From positions 80,390 through 144,389 of IMG/VR virus record IMGVR_UViG_3300028558_000018: a DNA stretch of 64,000 nucleotides; one strand, 5' to 3'. Below are positions 19,492-28,173 of this stretch, piece after piece; within the stretch, counting starts at the first letter, position 1, and each line of letters begins with the position of its first letter. Below the pieces are notes generated by a model. That model made no database searches and was not told where the DNA came from. It was given only the letters and a program-made list of their open reading frames with translations. This stretch comes from a virus. The position numbers were made by a program, and so were the translations under genes.

Positions 19492-19872
19492 TTAGCTTTT
19501 GAAATATCTATTAATGGTTTCTCGTGAAAATTCCCCATTTGTGAGTTCGCTAGGTATATAATCCACCCCGAATTGAAGTAGTTTTCTTTGTGCGTTTTTA
19601 TAAACTATTGTTAGATAGTTAATTACGTTTTCTTTTTGAGCAAACTTTTGTGGCGAACCTTCGCGCCAAAGTAAATATTCCTCATAAGCTGATGATAAAG
19701 AAAAACAACCATCGAGAGAATTTTTCAACGACGAATCAATGGTAATCTTAACATCATCGCGAAAATCCACAAAATAATTAACACTTAATTGGCGGTGAAT
19801 TATCTTTATGCCGTTGAATTTGATAAATTGCGCAATATCGGAATAAATTTTTTCGTAATCTTGCCGCACCAT
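19492..19872 (-). CDS. Hypothetical protein
   Basis: ATG 19872 preceded by late-promoter motif. Confidence 0.6.
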   Translation of the reverse strand: MVRQDYEKIYSDIAQFIKFNGIKIIHRQLSVNYFVDFRDDVKITIDSSLKNSLDGCFSLSSAYEEYLLWREGSPQKFAQKENVINYLTIVYKNAQRKLLQFGVDYIPSELTNGEFSRETINRYFKS

Positions 19873-19933
19873 GTCAGTATTTACACAAATTTGGGGCGGC
19901 GAAGAAATTATTGTAGAATTAATAATAATTAAA

Positions 19934-20713
19934 TTATTTAATTGGCGGGTTATAGCAGCCCTCGATTTTGTCAAGGATGTAACTCAAGAAGGGGTGTCTC
20001 ACAATATCTTCGCTTTTAAAAGATAGAGAATATATCCCCCGTTCTTTACTTGACTCGTCATTGAATAAATCAAAATAACGCATAACTTCTACATTACCTT
20101 TAACATCGGCCTGCAAAGGATCAAAACAAAATATTAATTTGCTATATCGTCCGAATCTGCTAATAATTGTCTTTAGAGTGGTTGCATCAATATTTTGGGC
20201 CTCATCTACTATGATAAATTTGCCATTCCAAGATTGGCCGCGAATAAAATTCGGCACGGTTCCAACAATAGTTTCATTTTTAATTAATAAATCCGCTTCT
20301 GGACGAGGCAGCAATTCATCCAACTTGTCATAAAGCGGTGTTAGATAAACACTTTCCTTAGTAACTTTATCGCCTGCAAGAAATCCTAATGATTTTCCTA
20401 CCTCAATTGGCGGGCGCAGGAAAAGTATGTCTGAGTGAGTTTTGTTATTCACGCAAAGTAGTGCGGCATAAACAGATAGCCATGTTTTTGATGTCCCCGG
20501 TCTGCCTGATAACAGGACGATGTTCGTTTTCTTATCTAAAATAATATCTAAAAATTCTTTTTGACGCGGCGTTAATTCGTGCTTGGGTTGAATATTTAAT
20601 TTGAAATCTATTTTTTTATTTTGAAATACATGTTGGCTAGTATCTTTTTTCCTCCCCTCCTCATTTTTTAACTTAGCAATTTGGGCATTTTTTAAGCGTT
20701 TTGGCTTCGACAT
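19934..20713 (-). CDS. phoH: PhoH-family ATPase
   Basis: GRPGTSKT, LGFLAG, FIRGQSW, IVDEAQN, DIVRH. Confidence 0.93.
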   Translation of the reverse strand: MSKPKRLKNAQIAKLKNEEGRKKDTSQHVFQNKKIDFKLNIQPKHELTPRQKEFLDIILDKKTNIVLLSGRPGTSKTWLSVYAALLCVNNKTHSDILFLRPPIEVGKSLGFLAGDKVTKESVYLTPLYDKLDELLPRPEADLLIKNETIVGTVPNFIRGQSWNGKFIIVDEAQNIDATTLKTIISRFGRYSKLIFCFDPLQADVKGNVEVMRYFDLFNDESSKERGIYSLSFKSEDIVRHPFLSYILDKIEGCYNPPIK

Positions 20714-20881
20714 AAATTTGATTTAATTGTTAAAAGAATGAACTGTCCCGTCACATAATATTACAAAGAATCTACTCATTTGCCCAATTTAGTTTTTAAA
20801 TTCAAAATTAACTTCCCAAGGCAGCGTATAAAGGTTAATCTTGACAAGTTCATTTCAACCAATTAACATATATTTGACTTT

Positions 20882-21568
20882 ATGATTATTCACTCTAACA
20901 TTCCCGCCAATTTAATTGAATTCCCAGAAGACGCCCCCGCCAGAATTGCACGACCTAAGTATATTACTATTAATGAGTTTGATGAATATAGCGCGTGTAA
21001 ATTTACCGATGCGTTTAATCAATTGATGGACGAACCCCAAGATAAAATCTTCATCCATATTTCTAGTCCGGGCGGTGCGATTAGTTCATTAATGGGTATG
21101 AATGATATTATTGCTTGTTCGCCAAAGCCCGTTGTTACGTTTACAAATTCTCTAAGTTGTTCTTGCGGCGCACTATTGCTAGCTCTTGGCACTAGAGGAT
21201 ATCGTTATGCCTCACCTAACGCAATGATTTTGGTTCATGAGGCAAGCACTTCATCGGAGGGGAAAACGTCTGATGTGCTAAATGAGGCGCGATATGTCGA
21301 GAAACTAAATGATAAATTATTGGAAATTCTCGCCCAACATTCCAATAAGTCCAAAGATTTTTATAAAAAAATGATTAAGAAGCAAAATAATGCTGATTTA
21401 TTTATTACTCCGGAAGACGCGAAACTTATGGGGATCATTGATCACGTTGGGGTGCCGAAACTTACAATGAATATTAAAGTTACTTATGATTTGGAAAATA
21501 TGTTACCTAAAAAACTTGACCGCGCCCCGAAGTCTATTGAGAAAGTAAATAAGAAAAATAAATCTTGA
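20882..21568 (+). CDS. clpP: ClpP-like protease proteolytic subunit
   Basis: ISSPGG, SCSCGALLL (Ser), ILVHEAS (His), DLFITPEDAKLMGIID (Asp). Confidence 0.9.
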   Translation: MIIHSNIPANLIEFPEDAPARIARPKYITINEFDEYSACKFTDAFNQLMDEPQDKIFIHISSPGGAISSLMGMNDIIACSPKPVVTFTNSLSCSCGALLLALGTRGYRYASPNAMILVHEASTSSEGKTSDVLNEARYVEKLNDKLLEILAQHSNKSKDFYKKMIKKQNNADLFITPEDAKLMGIIDHVGVPKLTMNIKVTYDLENMLPKKLDRAPKSIEKVNKKNKS

Positions 21569-21599
21569 CCCAGTTAGCACAATCAAGATTCTTCCCCTC

Positions 21600-21794
21600 A
21601 TGAAGGTAACATCATTCTGTTGCGACGAACAAAACCACGAATATTCTATTGGATTGGCCAACGGGAAAGTTTTAACCGGACTATGGGCGACTCGCCTAAT
21701 TTATCTCAAACAACACGCGAAGAATTCCGCGCTAATCGAACCTCACGTTGATTTAGATCAAATTGTAGCTCCTTCTAAATATGCTAAAAGATAA
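21600..21794 (+). CDS. Hypothetical protein
   Basis: TTGACC 35 nt upstream of ATG. Confidence 0.65.
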   Translation: MKVTSFCCDEQNHEYSIGLANGKVLTGLWATRLIYLKQHAKNSALIEPHVDLDQIVAPSKYAKR

Positions 21795-21969
21795 ACTCAA
21801 TTCTTCTCAATGCTCTGTGCTTCAACAAGTTATGCTGCGCGAGCCAGTTAACGAGCGCGATATTATTTCTAAATTAGCGGGCGCGGAATTATACAGAATT
21901 GGGCTGTTGATTAAGGACGAAGAGGCGCGATACAAGGCTAATTGGGAAAAAGTTAAAAATTACGCTTAA
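21781..21969 (+). CDS. Hypothetical protein
   Basis: Overlapping operon ORF. Confidence 0.6.
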   Translation: MLKDKLNSSQCSVLQQVMLREPVNERDIISKLAGAELYRIGLLIKDEEARYKANWEKVKNYA

Positions 21970-21971
21970 TT

Positions 21972-22145
21972 ATGAATAAAGATAAATTAATAGAACTGCA
22001 AAAAGAATATATCGAATTTTTAGGGAAATATATTAGAGATACCTCCGCTTACTTGCATGTTCATGGCCAATGTTGTTCCAAAGAAATTGCGGACGAAGGA
22101 ATTAGGCTGCGCGCCGAAATTTTAAAAGCCGAAACTAATGAGTAA
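21972..22145 (+). CDS. Hypothetical protein (57 aa, not in track)
   Basis: TAATTATG junction; MNKDKLIELQKEY... Confidence 0.6.
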   Translation: MNKDKLIELQKEYIEFLGKYIRDTSAYLHVHGQCCSKEIADEGIRLRAEILKAETNE

Positions 22146-22305
22146 ATATACTTTAGAAGAACTTAATACTTTTCTTATTAAGAAAATTGCCGAGGCCGAA
22201 AAGAAAGCAAAATTTTGGGCGACACAAAAAGGCGAGAAGAACACTGTTAAAGAATTGCAAGTAGAAATTGACATGTTGAAGGATATTTGTTCTAGAATTA
22301 ATTAA
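22138..22305 (+). CDS. Hypothetical protein (55 aa, not in track)
   Basis: Overlapping start; MSKYTLEELN... Confidence 0.55.
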   Translation: MSKYTLEELNTFLIKKIAEAEKKAKFWATQKGEKNTVKELQVEIDMLKDICSRIN

Positions 22306-22306
22306 T

Positions 22307-22534
22307 ATGAGTTGGCCATATTTTAGACTTCCTTCATTTCAGGGTAATTACTCATTTCGCTACATTGCGCGGCGAGTTTTAACGGGGATAATTTATAACG
22401 AATTAACCCACTCTACTCGCGTGCAAATTAAATCAAAGCGGCCCAAAAAGATTGTCGGCATTAGGAAAAGTTATTCAGCCGGAACAAAATCCAATGGCGG
22501 TGTGCGCGGAAGTGGTGCTACAAAATGGCGTTAA
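22307..22534 (+). CDS. Hypothetical basic protein
   Basis: Packed ORF. Confidence 0.55.
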   Translation: MSWPYFRLPSFQGNYSFRYIARRVLTGIIYNELTHSTRVQIKSKRPKKIVGIRKSYSAGTKSNGGVRGSGATKWR

Positions 22535-22803
22535 CTCCACTTACAGTTCAATTACAGAAAAAGGAATTTGATCCTAATTGGAGAAAGAGCGCGGCGTGGT
22601 TGTCCATTAAAAAGATAACGCTGGCCGATTGCCTTAATAAAACGGGCGAAATAATCGCGGGCGAACCATTGAATAAAAAGGTATCTCAGGAAAAAGTATT
22701 CACCTTTGGTAAATATTCTGGGAGAACTTACAAATGGGTAGAACAGAATGACTCCAATTATTATAATTGGGCAAAAGAAAATATAAAGGGCTTTTCTCCT
22801 TAA
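22525..22803 (+). CDS. Protein with exonuclease X C-terminal/DUF3820-like motif
   Basis: FTFGKYSGRT..D..YYNW. Confidence 0.6.
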   Translation: MALTPLTVQLQKKEFDPNWRKSAAWLSIKKITLADCLNKTGEIIAGEPLNKKVSQEKVFTFGKYSGRTYKWVEQNDSNYYNWAKENIKGFSP

Positions 22804-23240
22804 CCGAAATCTTTTTTCAGAATATACCCACCTTTAAATTCATAATCGGTTTCCCCGCCCATGAATTTAATAAAATCCGTGATCGTTTTTAGCTTTCTAA
22901 ATACGCCAAAAGTATTAATAACCTCTTCACGAGTCAACTCAAATCCTTCTTGTTCCGCATAGCGGAATCGATTGTGGTCCATGATAAGATAAACAACGTT
23001 GCCATTTTTTTCGCGCCCAACGTAACCATTTAATCCTAATTTTTGATTTTCAATAATATAAAAGAAAGTGGGGCAAGTATCTTGAGACGCGGTAGTGCGA
23101 TATTCTTCGATTACTATTTTGGATTGTTCGAATTTTTTAATTTCAATAATATTAGTGATAAATACGAGAATTAACTTGAATAGATACTTATCAATATCCT
23201 CGGATTCAAAGGTGTAACCGTAATAAGAATTTGGCATCAT
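22800..23240 (-). CDS. Hypothetical protein
   Basis: Isolated minus-strand ORF with late-promoter motif at 23257-23284. Confidence 0.65.
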   Translation of the reverse strand: MMPNSYYGYTFESEDIDKYLFKLILVFITNIIEIKKFEQSKIVIEEYRTTASQDTCPTFFYIIENQKLGLNGYVGREKNGNVVYLIMDHNRFRYAEQEGFELTREEVINTFGVFRKLKTITDFIKFMGGETDYEFKGGYILKKDFG

Positions 23241-23367
23241 TAATAATGTTAATAACAATTACCCAAGTTGCCAAATATTTTGAATAGCTAATTGTAAAAG
23301 AATAAAAATAAAAAACGCGGTGTGATTTCTCTTGACATAAGCGATTCTAAAAGAGAGCATCTTCTAT

Positions 23368-23847
23368 ATGAACAGCACAGATTATATTATTCTTCCCGAA
23401 GAGGGCGTCCCTGAAAATAAATGGATGAAAGTCGGACTTAATCAAGTGATTGCTATGAGGGAAGAATTGGCGCGGATAAAAGAAGGTATTAAACGCGCTG
23501 AGACAACAATGGTCGTAGATGGAAATGATATGATTGATTGGGGTTGGGCTAGACAGGAACATACCGTTTGCCGAGAGGAAGTAGAAGGAGCGAAAGCGAT
23601 TATTAAAATTTATAGCGAGCAATATGTTCATAAAAATGAACTCGCGGCGGCGAATAGCAAAATTGAATCATTAACCCGCCAATTAGAACATAAAACCAGC
23701 GAAATTGAAGATTACAAGGAAGTTAACGAAGATAAAAAACGATTGACGAAAGAGCTTGACGTTCTCCTTAACGGTTCCAGCGCGGCGAATCAAGCCTCGT
23801 TATGTGATATTGTTGCGCAGCTAAAATCAAAAAAGTGTTATGAATAA
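23368..23847 (+). CDS. Hypothetical coiled-coil protein
   Basis: TTGACA 36 nt upstream; RLTKELDVLLNG..ASLCDIVAQ pattern. Confidence 0.7.
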   Translation: MNSTDYIILPEEGVPENKWMKVGLNQVIAMREELARIKEGIKRAETTMVVDGNDMIDWGWARQEHTVCREEVEGAKAIIKIYSEQYVHKNELAAANSKIESLTRQLEHKTSEIEDYKEVNEDKKRLTKELDVLLNGSSAANQASLCDIVAQLKSKKCYE

Positions 23848-24034
23848 ACTAGAGCTAAAGATTAAAAAATTAGAAAAGCTTATTAAAATCAAAAATGAGG
23901 CATTAAAATATTGCGCGGGCCAATCTAATTGGCGCGATCAATTAGTAGGTATTGAGTCAGACAGTTATTTCGCGTGGATTAATGAACGGGCAAATCATGT
24001 GTTAAAGATTAGTCTTAGAAATATTAAGCTATGA
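23840..24034 (+). CDS. Hypothetical protein
   Basis: Overlapping operon ORF. Confidence 0.6.
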   Translation: MNKLELKIKKLEKLIKIKNEALKYCAGQSNWRDQLVGIESDSYFAWINERANHVLKISLRNIKL

Positions 24035-24297
24035 GCGAATTATTCTCTATTAGAAATACTCATAAAGATTTAGTCCGCGCAATGAATCCCCATGAGTTAT
24101 CCAAATATTCTAATGAGGAATTTGATTATTGGCCTCAATGGGCGCAGCGTGATGTTGAACTAATTGCGCAATTTGAACAAACTTTATTAAATCCTCCCGA
24201 GAAGACCCCGAGAAAGAAAAGGCGCGGCGCGGCGCGAAAGTTCTCCATATCATTAACGGGGAAAAGCACTATGGGAGGGTGGTTTAATGCGTCATAA
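24031..24297 (+). CDS. Hypothetical protein
   Basis: ATGA overlap. Confidence 0.6.
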   Translation: MSELFSIRNTHKDLVRAMNPHELSKYSNEEFDYWPQWAQRDVELIAQFEQTLLNPPEKTPRKKRRGAARKFSISLTGKSTMGGWFNAS

Positions 24298-24348
24298 GTG
24301 GCGTAGCGAACTTATTTTAACAATTTAACACGCCAAACACGACTTATT

Positions 24349-24591
24349 ATGGACCATCTAGAAATAGCAGCATTAAAAGAGCAAATCAGAGAATTAGAAT
24401 CACGGGCGAGAACATTAGAGAATGAGAATAAAAATTTGATGCAAATCAATATCGATGATTGCGAAACGGATTTAAATGTGAGAAAGTTGGCCGCGCAAGT
24501 TCTTTCTGAACGCGAAATCTGGGGCGATACTTTTTACGTGCCGACGTTGGAAGATATAGTTGAGAACATTTTGAAAAAAATAAAATTATGA
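24349..24591 (+). CDS. Hypothetical protein
   Basis: 80 aa ORF. Confidence 0.6.
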   Translation: MDHLEIAALKEQIRELESRARTLENENKNLMQINIDDCETDLNVRKLAAQVLSEREIWGDTFYVPTLEDIVENILKKIKL

Positions 24592-24776
24592 ATAAATTCA
24601 TCTTATGGTTATTAGTCCACCCTCATAAAAGCTGGCGCGGGACTAAATTGCAGTATGTAAAAGAGTGTTATGCGGAAGATTGTTTATTGGATAAAATATT
24701 TAATGAATATTATTTTTTAAAGCTTAATTATTGGAGAATGAGATTTGTTTTGTGGATTATTAAAATAGCTGGATAA
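24588..24776 (+). CDS. Hypothetical protein
   Basis: ATGA overlap. Confidence 0.55.
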   Translation: MNKFILWLLVHPHKSWRGTKLQYVKECYAEDCLLDKIFNEYYFLKLNYWRMRFVLWIIKIAG

Positions 24777-24820
24777 GGGGGTTCCTACAATATGTGTCCC
24801 TTAATTGAGGGAATCAGTTG

Positions 24821-24958
24821 GAAAATATTTTCACCCGTGGATTTTTTCACCCCTCCTGTTTAGTTTTAATAGAGTTTTATATAGGATAAACATAGGGGAA
24901 GGAATAATCTTATAAGGGAGATTTAAATTGAAAATAATTTACTCCCGTGGATTTTTTT
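24821..24958. repeat. Direct repeat GAAAATA-N6/7-CCCGTGGATTTTTT, two copies
   Basis: CCCGTGG cores at 24834 and 24944, 110 bp apart. Confidence 0.8.
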
Positions 24959-25059
24959 AATCTTGTAAGTCGTTGTTTGAAATGAAAATGGGTGAGAATT
25001 TGATGCGCAATACCCCCGCCCGCCAGAAAATTTTTACGATTGTAAATTTTTTTATAAAC

Positions 25060-25081
25060 AGGGTGCCTCGCTATATACAAA
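25060..25081. repeat. Perfect inverted repeat GCTATATACA-AA-TGTATATAGC
   Basis: Direct reading; approximately 25070-25091 if counted from the G of GCTAT. Confidence 0.6.
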
Positions 25082-25231
25082 TGTATATAGCCACTATATA
25101 GAGCCTATACACACAAGCACATAGCGAAACACGCAAGCTTAGACTATCACTAGCGGAATAATATAAAGGCGAGAACTAGCACTAGAGCAATGGCAATTTC
25201 CATTTGAGCGCATAAGGTCAGAGGGTTAATG

Positions 25232-25260
25232 AAAAAGGCGCAAGGGGTTAGCCTTGCGCC
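25232..25260 (-). terminator. Rho-independent terminator of the GC-rich gene
   Basis: GGCGCAAGG-CTAACC-CCTTGCGCC-TTTTT. Confidence 0.85.
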
Positions 25261-25283
25261 TACGTTAACCTAACGCCTTGCGC

Positions 25284-25805
25284 TTACTCAACGTCAAGAG
25301 CCTTGCGCACGCTGGCAAGGTTGACGCCGGACTCTCCGCCAATCATGGCGGCAATCGCGGCGGCATCTTTGCCCTCCTTCTTCATGGCGCGCCCCTTTTC
25401 CTGCATGACCTGCGAAAGGTCGGAGAACGAGGGAAGCGAGGGGCGACCCGCGCCCGACTTGCCACCGAGGGAGAACGCGCCGACAATCTGACGGAACCCG
25501 TCGTCAAGCGCGGTTTTGACCTGCTGCGCGCCGTCACCGTGAGCGGCGTTGAAGGCCTTGCGCGCACCATCCAACGCGGCTGCGCGGTAAGCCTCGGGGA
25601 TGGCGTCGAACGGCTTGGAATCGAAGACGGGGACTTTGATACCTTCGACATGGGAAGCGAGGGCACGGAGGGCGGCGGCGGGCGTCTTGCTCGCGCTGGC
25701 ATTGTAAACGGTGCTGACAACGGCGGCAGGCTTGGCGGGCGTCTTCTTGACGGCGGCAGGCTTAGCGGCGGACTGAACAGGAGCGGACGAGGTGACATTT
25801 TCCAT
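25284..25805 (-). CDS. GC-rich Ala/Lys-rich hypothetical protein (173 aa)
   Basis: About 65% GC by eye; MENVTSSAPVQSAAKPAAVKKTPAKPAA; terminator follows. Confidence 0.85.
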   Translation of the reverse strand: MENVTSSAPVQSAAKPAAVKKTPAKPAAVVSTVYNASASKTPAAALRALASHVEGIKVPVFDSKPFDAIPEAYRAAALDGARKAFNAAHGDGAQQVKTALDDGFRQIVGAFSLGGKSGAGRPSLPSFSDLSQVMQEKGRAMKKEGKDAAAIAAMIGGESGVNLASVRKALDVE

Positions 25806-25920
25806 ATGATGAAAACCCCTTTTGGCGGGTAGGATTAAACCCAATTTTCTAACGGGTTAAGTTAAGACGCTGCAAACGCGCAGAGTCTTAAGCTAACCTC
25901 CCTCTTATGAGGGAAGGCTT

Positions 25921-26112
25921 TCAGATTTTAACAGGCAAAGAAGTAATCAACAGTTGCGCTTGTTTCGCTTCTGTAAGGTTGAATTCCGCCGTTTCGATGT
26001 CTCCAAAGTGACAGGCTTTCTTCGCCTCTTTAAGGCAGTGTGATTTGTAAACCCGCAAAGCAGATTCCAAGGTTGACGCTTCTTCGTCGTTTAAGTGGTA
26101 AACGTGTTTCAT
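25921..26112 (-). CDS. Hypothetical protein
   Basis: 63 aa flanked by twin-hairpin elements. Confidence 0.7.
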   Translation of the reverse strand: MKHVYHLNDEEASTLESALRVYKSHCLKEAKKACHFGDIETAEFNLTEAKQAQLLITSLPVKI

Positions 26113-26530
26113 GTGGATTAAATAAGCTGCTAAGGGTCATTCCATAGAAGCTTAAGCTAATCTCTCTTAAATCGGCATAGCCATAGATTAAGAGACTTTA
26201 ACTTTCTTTTCCTTGGCTCGCCTGCGCTGTTTCAGCCTAGCAGGGTCAAAGCGGGTAAATAGGTTTTTTGAAACCGTAAAAAAATATAGTGCGGTGCGGC
26301 GTGCCACCGAAAAGAACATCTAACCTTTCCCCACCTTAAGACATTGCTTTTTGAATTCAACTCAATTCTCGCTAATTCTTTTAGGCCTTTCCTAAGTGGT
26401 TGGCCTTTAAACAACTTACAATTGATTAATTTTCCCCTCTTTTCTGTTTTCCCTCTAGTTGAGCGCACCGCCTAGTTGATTAGCTCCCTAGTTAACCCCA
26501 CCACAAACAACGAAGCGCGGCGCGTGCGCG
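26113..26530 (-). ncRNA. Candidate structured leader or ncRNA (about 420 nt)
   Basis: Series of hairpins, GC above the AT-rich flank, no credible ORF, TTGAC boxes upstream at 26556 and 26654. Confidence 0.4.
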
Positions 26531-26719
26531 AATATAGGGAAATTCAATTTTGTCAAAATATATCTTTGTAAAATTTTTGTAAAAATCTGGGGCGGCTTTT
26601 TTGAAGTCAGTCCCCTACAGCTAAAATATAATAGGGCTATAAAAACAAAGTCAATTTAAAAATAATTAATAAAAATAAAAAATAATTTGACAAATGGGGA
26701 AAAATAATAAGCGAAAAAT

Positions 26720-26935
26720 AAAAATCTAATAGCATATAAAAGTTTTTCTAATAGCATATAGGGCATAATATAAGGTGAATATACTAATTGTAAAAATCCT
26801 TATATAATATACTAAATTATATTAATTCCTTATATGATAATTGTAAAATAGTATAATTACCTCTATATAATAGTCTCGCGCCGGATATTGTCCTATTGAG
26901 AGCTTATACTACCTCTCATTACCTCTATATTAACG
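26720..26935. repeat. AT-rich cluster of short direct repeats
   Basis: CTAATAGCATATA x2, AATTGTAAAA x2, TCCTTATAT x2, ATTACCTCTATAT x2. Confidence 0.7.
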
Positions 26936-26968
26936 TTTATTTGGCTATATTTTCTCATATTTGGACGC

Positions 26969-27001
26969 AAAAAATCCGCGAAGGAATTAACCCTCGCGGA
27001 C
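26969..27001 (-). terminator. Rho-independent terminator after lysozyme
   Basis: TCCGCGAGGG-TTAATT-CCTTCGCGGA-TTTTTT. Confidence 0.85.
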
Positions 27002-27025
27002 TATTAAGTGTTTATTATTAACTAT

Positions 27026-27532
27026 TTAGAACTTATTAGCTAATATTTGAGAGAATTTTTCGGCGCGCCCCTTAACTTGAGAGTAATAACGAGAATTAAT
27101 TAGCTCTTTACTTGCCAATTTGTAATTAGAACTATTTATGGCGAGATTAAATTTCTTAAAGCCTTTCGCGCGGGTGATTCCCACATTGAAAACAAAATCC
27201 ACGAGCCTAATTTTTATTTCCTTGGGTAATTTGTTAAAATTCGGATAAAGAGTTTTCGCGCTATCAATTGCGATATTTAAATCTTGTGTGAAAAATTGAT
27301 TAATCTCATTAACACTATAAGAGGATTTCCCCTTATTAGTCAATTGGTGACCAATTCCTATAGTGAGATGGCCCATTGAATCAATATAGGGAATTGCTCT
27401 ATTTCCTTCATGATTCTCTATTAAAGCGCGGTAATCGGCTATTGATTGCGCTTTTATTGAGCAAGTTGCCGTGCAAATTGCGAAAAAGATGAACAATCCG
27501 GCGCGGAATTTGGCACTAATTGGGCTTTTCAT
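27026..27532 (-). CDS. GH24 (T4-type) lysozyme with N-terminal signal/SAR segment
   Basis: HEG-x4-PYIDSMGHLTIGIGH (E-D-T catalytic residues), FVFNVG, SRYYSQV..RA. Confidence 0.9.
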   Translation of the reverse strand: MKSPISAKFRAGLFIFFAICTATCSIKAQSIADYRALIENHEGNRAIPYIDSMGHLTIGIGHQLTNKGKSSYSVNEINQFFTQDLNIAIDSAKTLYPNFNKLPKEIKIRLVDFVFNVGITRAKGFKKFNLAINSSNYKLASKELINSRYYSQVKGRAEKFSQILANKF

Positions 27533-27589
27533 AAGGTGAATTAACCTAAAAAGCGCGTAAATTGAGATTATTTATACATCTAATTATTG

Positions 27590-27826
27590 TTAAATAGCGG
27601 GAGAAATATAAATAATCTTGTGGCGCGAAGAGGTATTATCAATTTTCACAATATCCTTTTCGGTAAATATAATCGAATTGGCAAAATCAGGATTGTGCGA
27701 GTTGATTTTGTATTTACCACCATTTCCATATAATTCCACACGGCCAAACATAATGGCGCGGATATTTCCGGCATGGACAATAACTTCGGCGGAAATTCCG
27801 CTTGAAACGATTTCGTTGATATTCAT
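27590..27826 (-). CDS. Hypothetical protein
   Basis: ORF downstream of promoter at 27921. Confidence 0.6.
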   Translation of the reverse strand: MNINEIVSSGISAEVIVHAGNIRAIMFGRVELYGNGGKYKINSHNPDFANSIIFTEKDIVKIDNTSSRHKIIYISPAI

Positions 27827-27931
27827 GATAAACCTTAATTTATTGATATTTAAGTAATTGGCCAATCAAAATGATTAATCTATTACAATGAAGACACTAA
27901 CAAATTGTTACGCTAGGTCAATTTAATTATA

Positions 27932-28120
27932 TCAATAATAAATCGGCGCGGTGTTTCCAACCCATCGCGCATTTACCACAATAATTGCATGATTTAAAGT
28001 GAGATTACGAGATGATGCAATATATTGAATAATTTCCTCTTTGGAATAAAGCGATTTTCTCGCCCATTCAATAAATTCACTTAACCCATAAGTGGAAATG
28101 TCTATTAGAGATAGGGACAT
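27932..28120 (-). CDS. Hypothetical protein
   Basis: Own TTGACA-N16-TAAAGT promoter. Confidence 0.6.
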   Translation of the reverse strand: MSLSLIDISTYGLSEFIEWARKSLYSKEEIIQYIASSRNLTLNHAIIVVNARWVGNTAPIYY

Positions 28121-28173
28121 AAAATAATTTGATTTAGCTCACTTTAATAGATTGTCACATAATGTCAATATCT

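Noticed and set aside
25278-25832. 184-aa plus-strand ORF opposite the GC-rich gene
   Set aside because: Terminator polarity, leader structures and third-position GC favour the minus-strand frame.
25855-26530. Hammerhead ribozyme or known riboswitch in the leader
   Set aside because: No CUGANGA/GAAA core or recognisable aptamer consensus found by eye.
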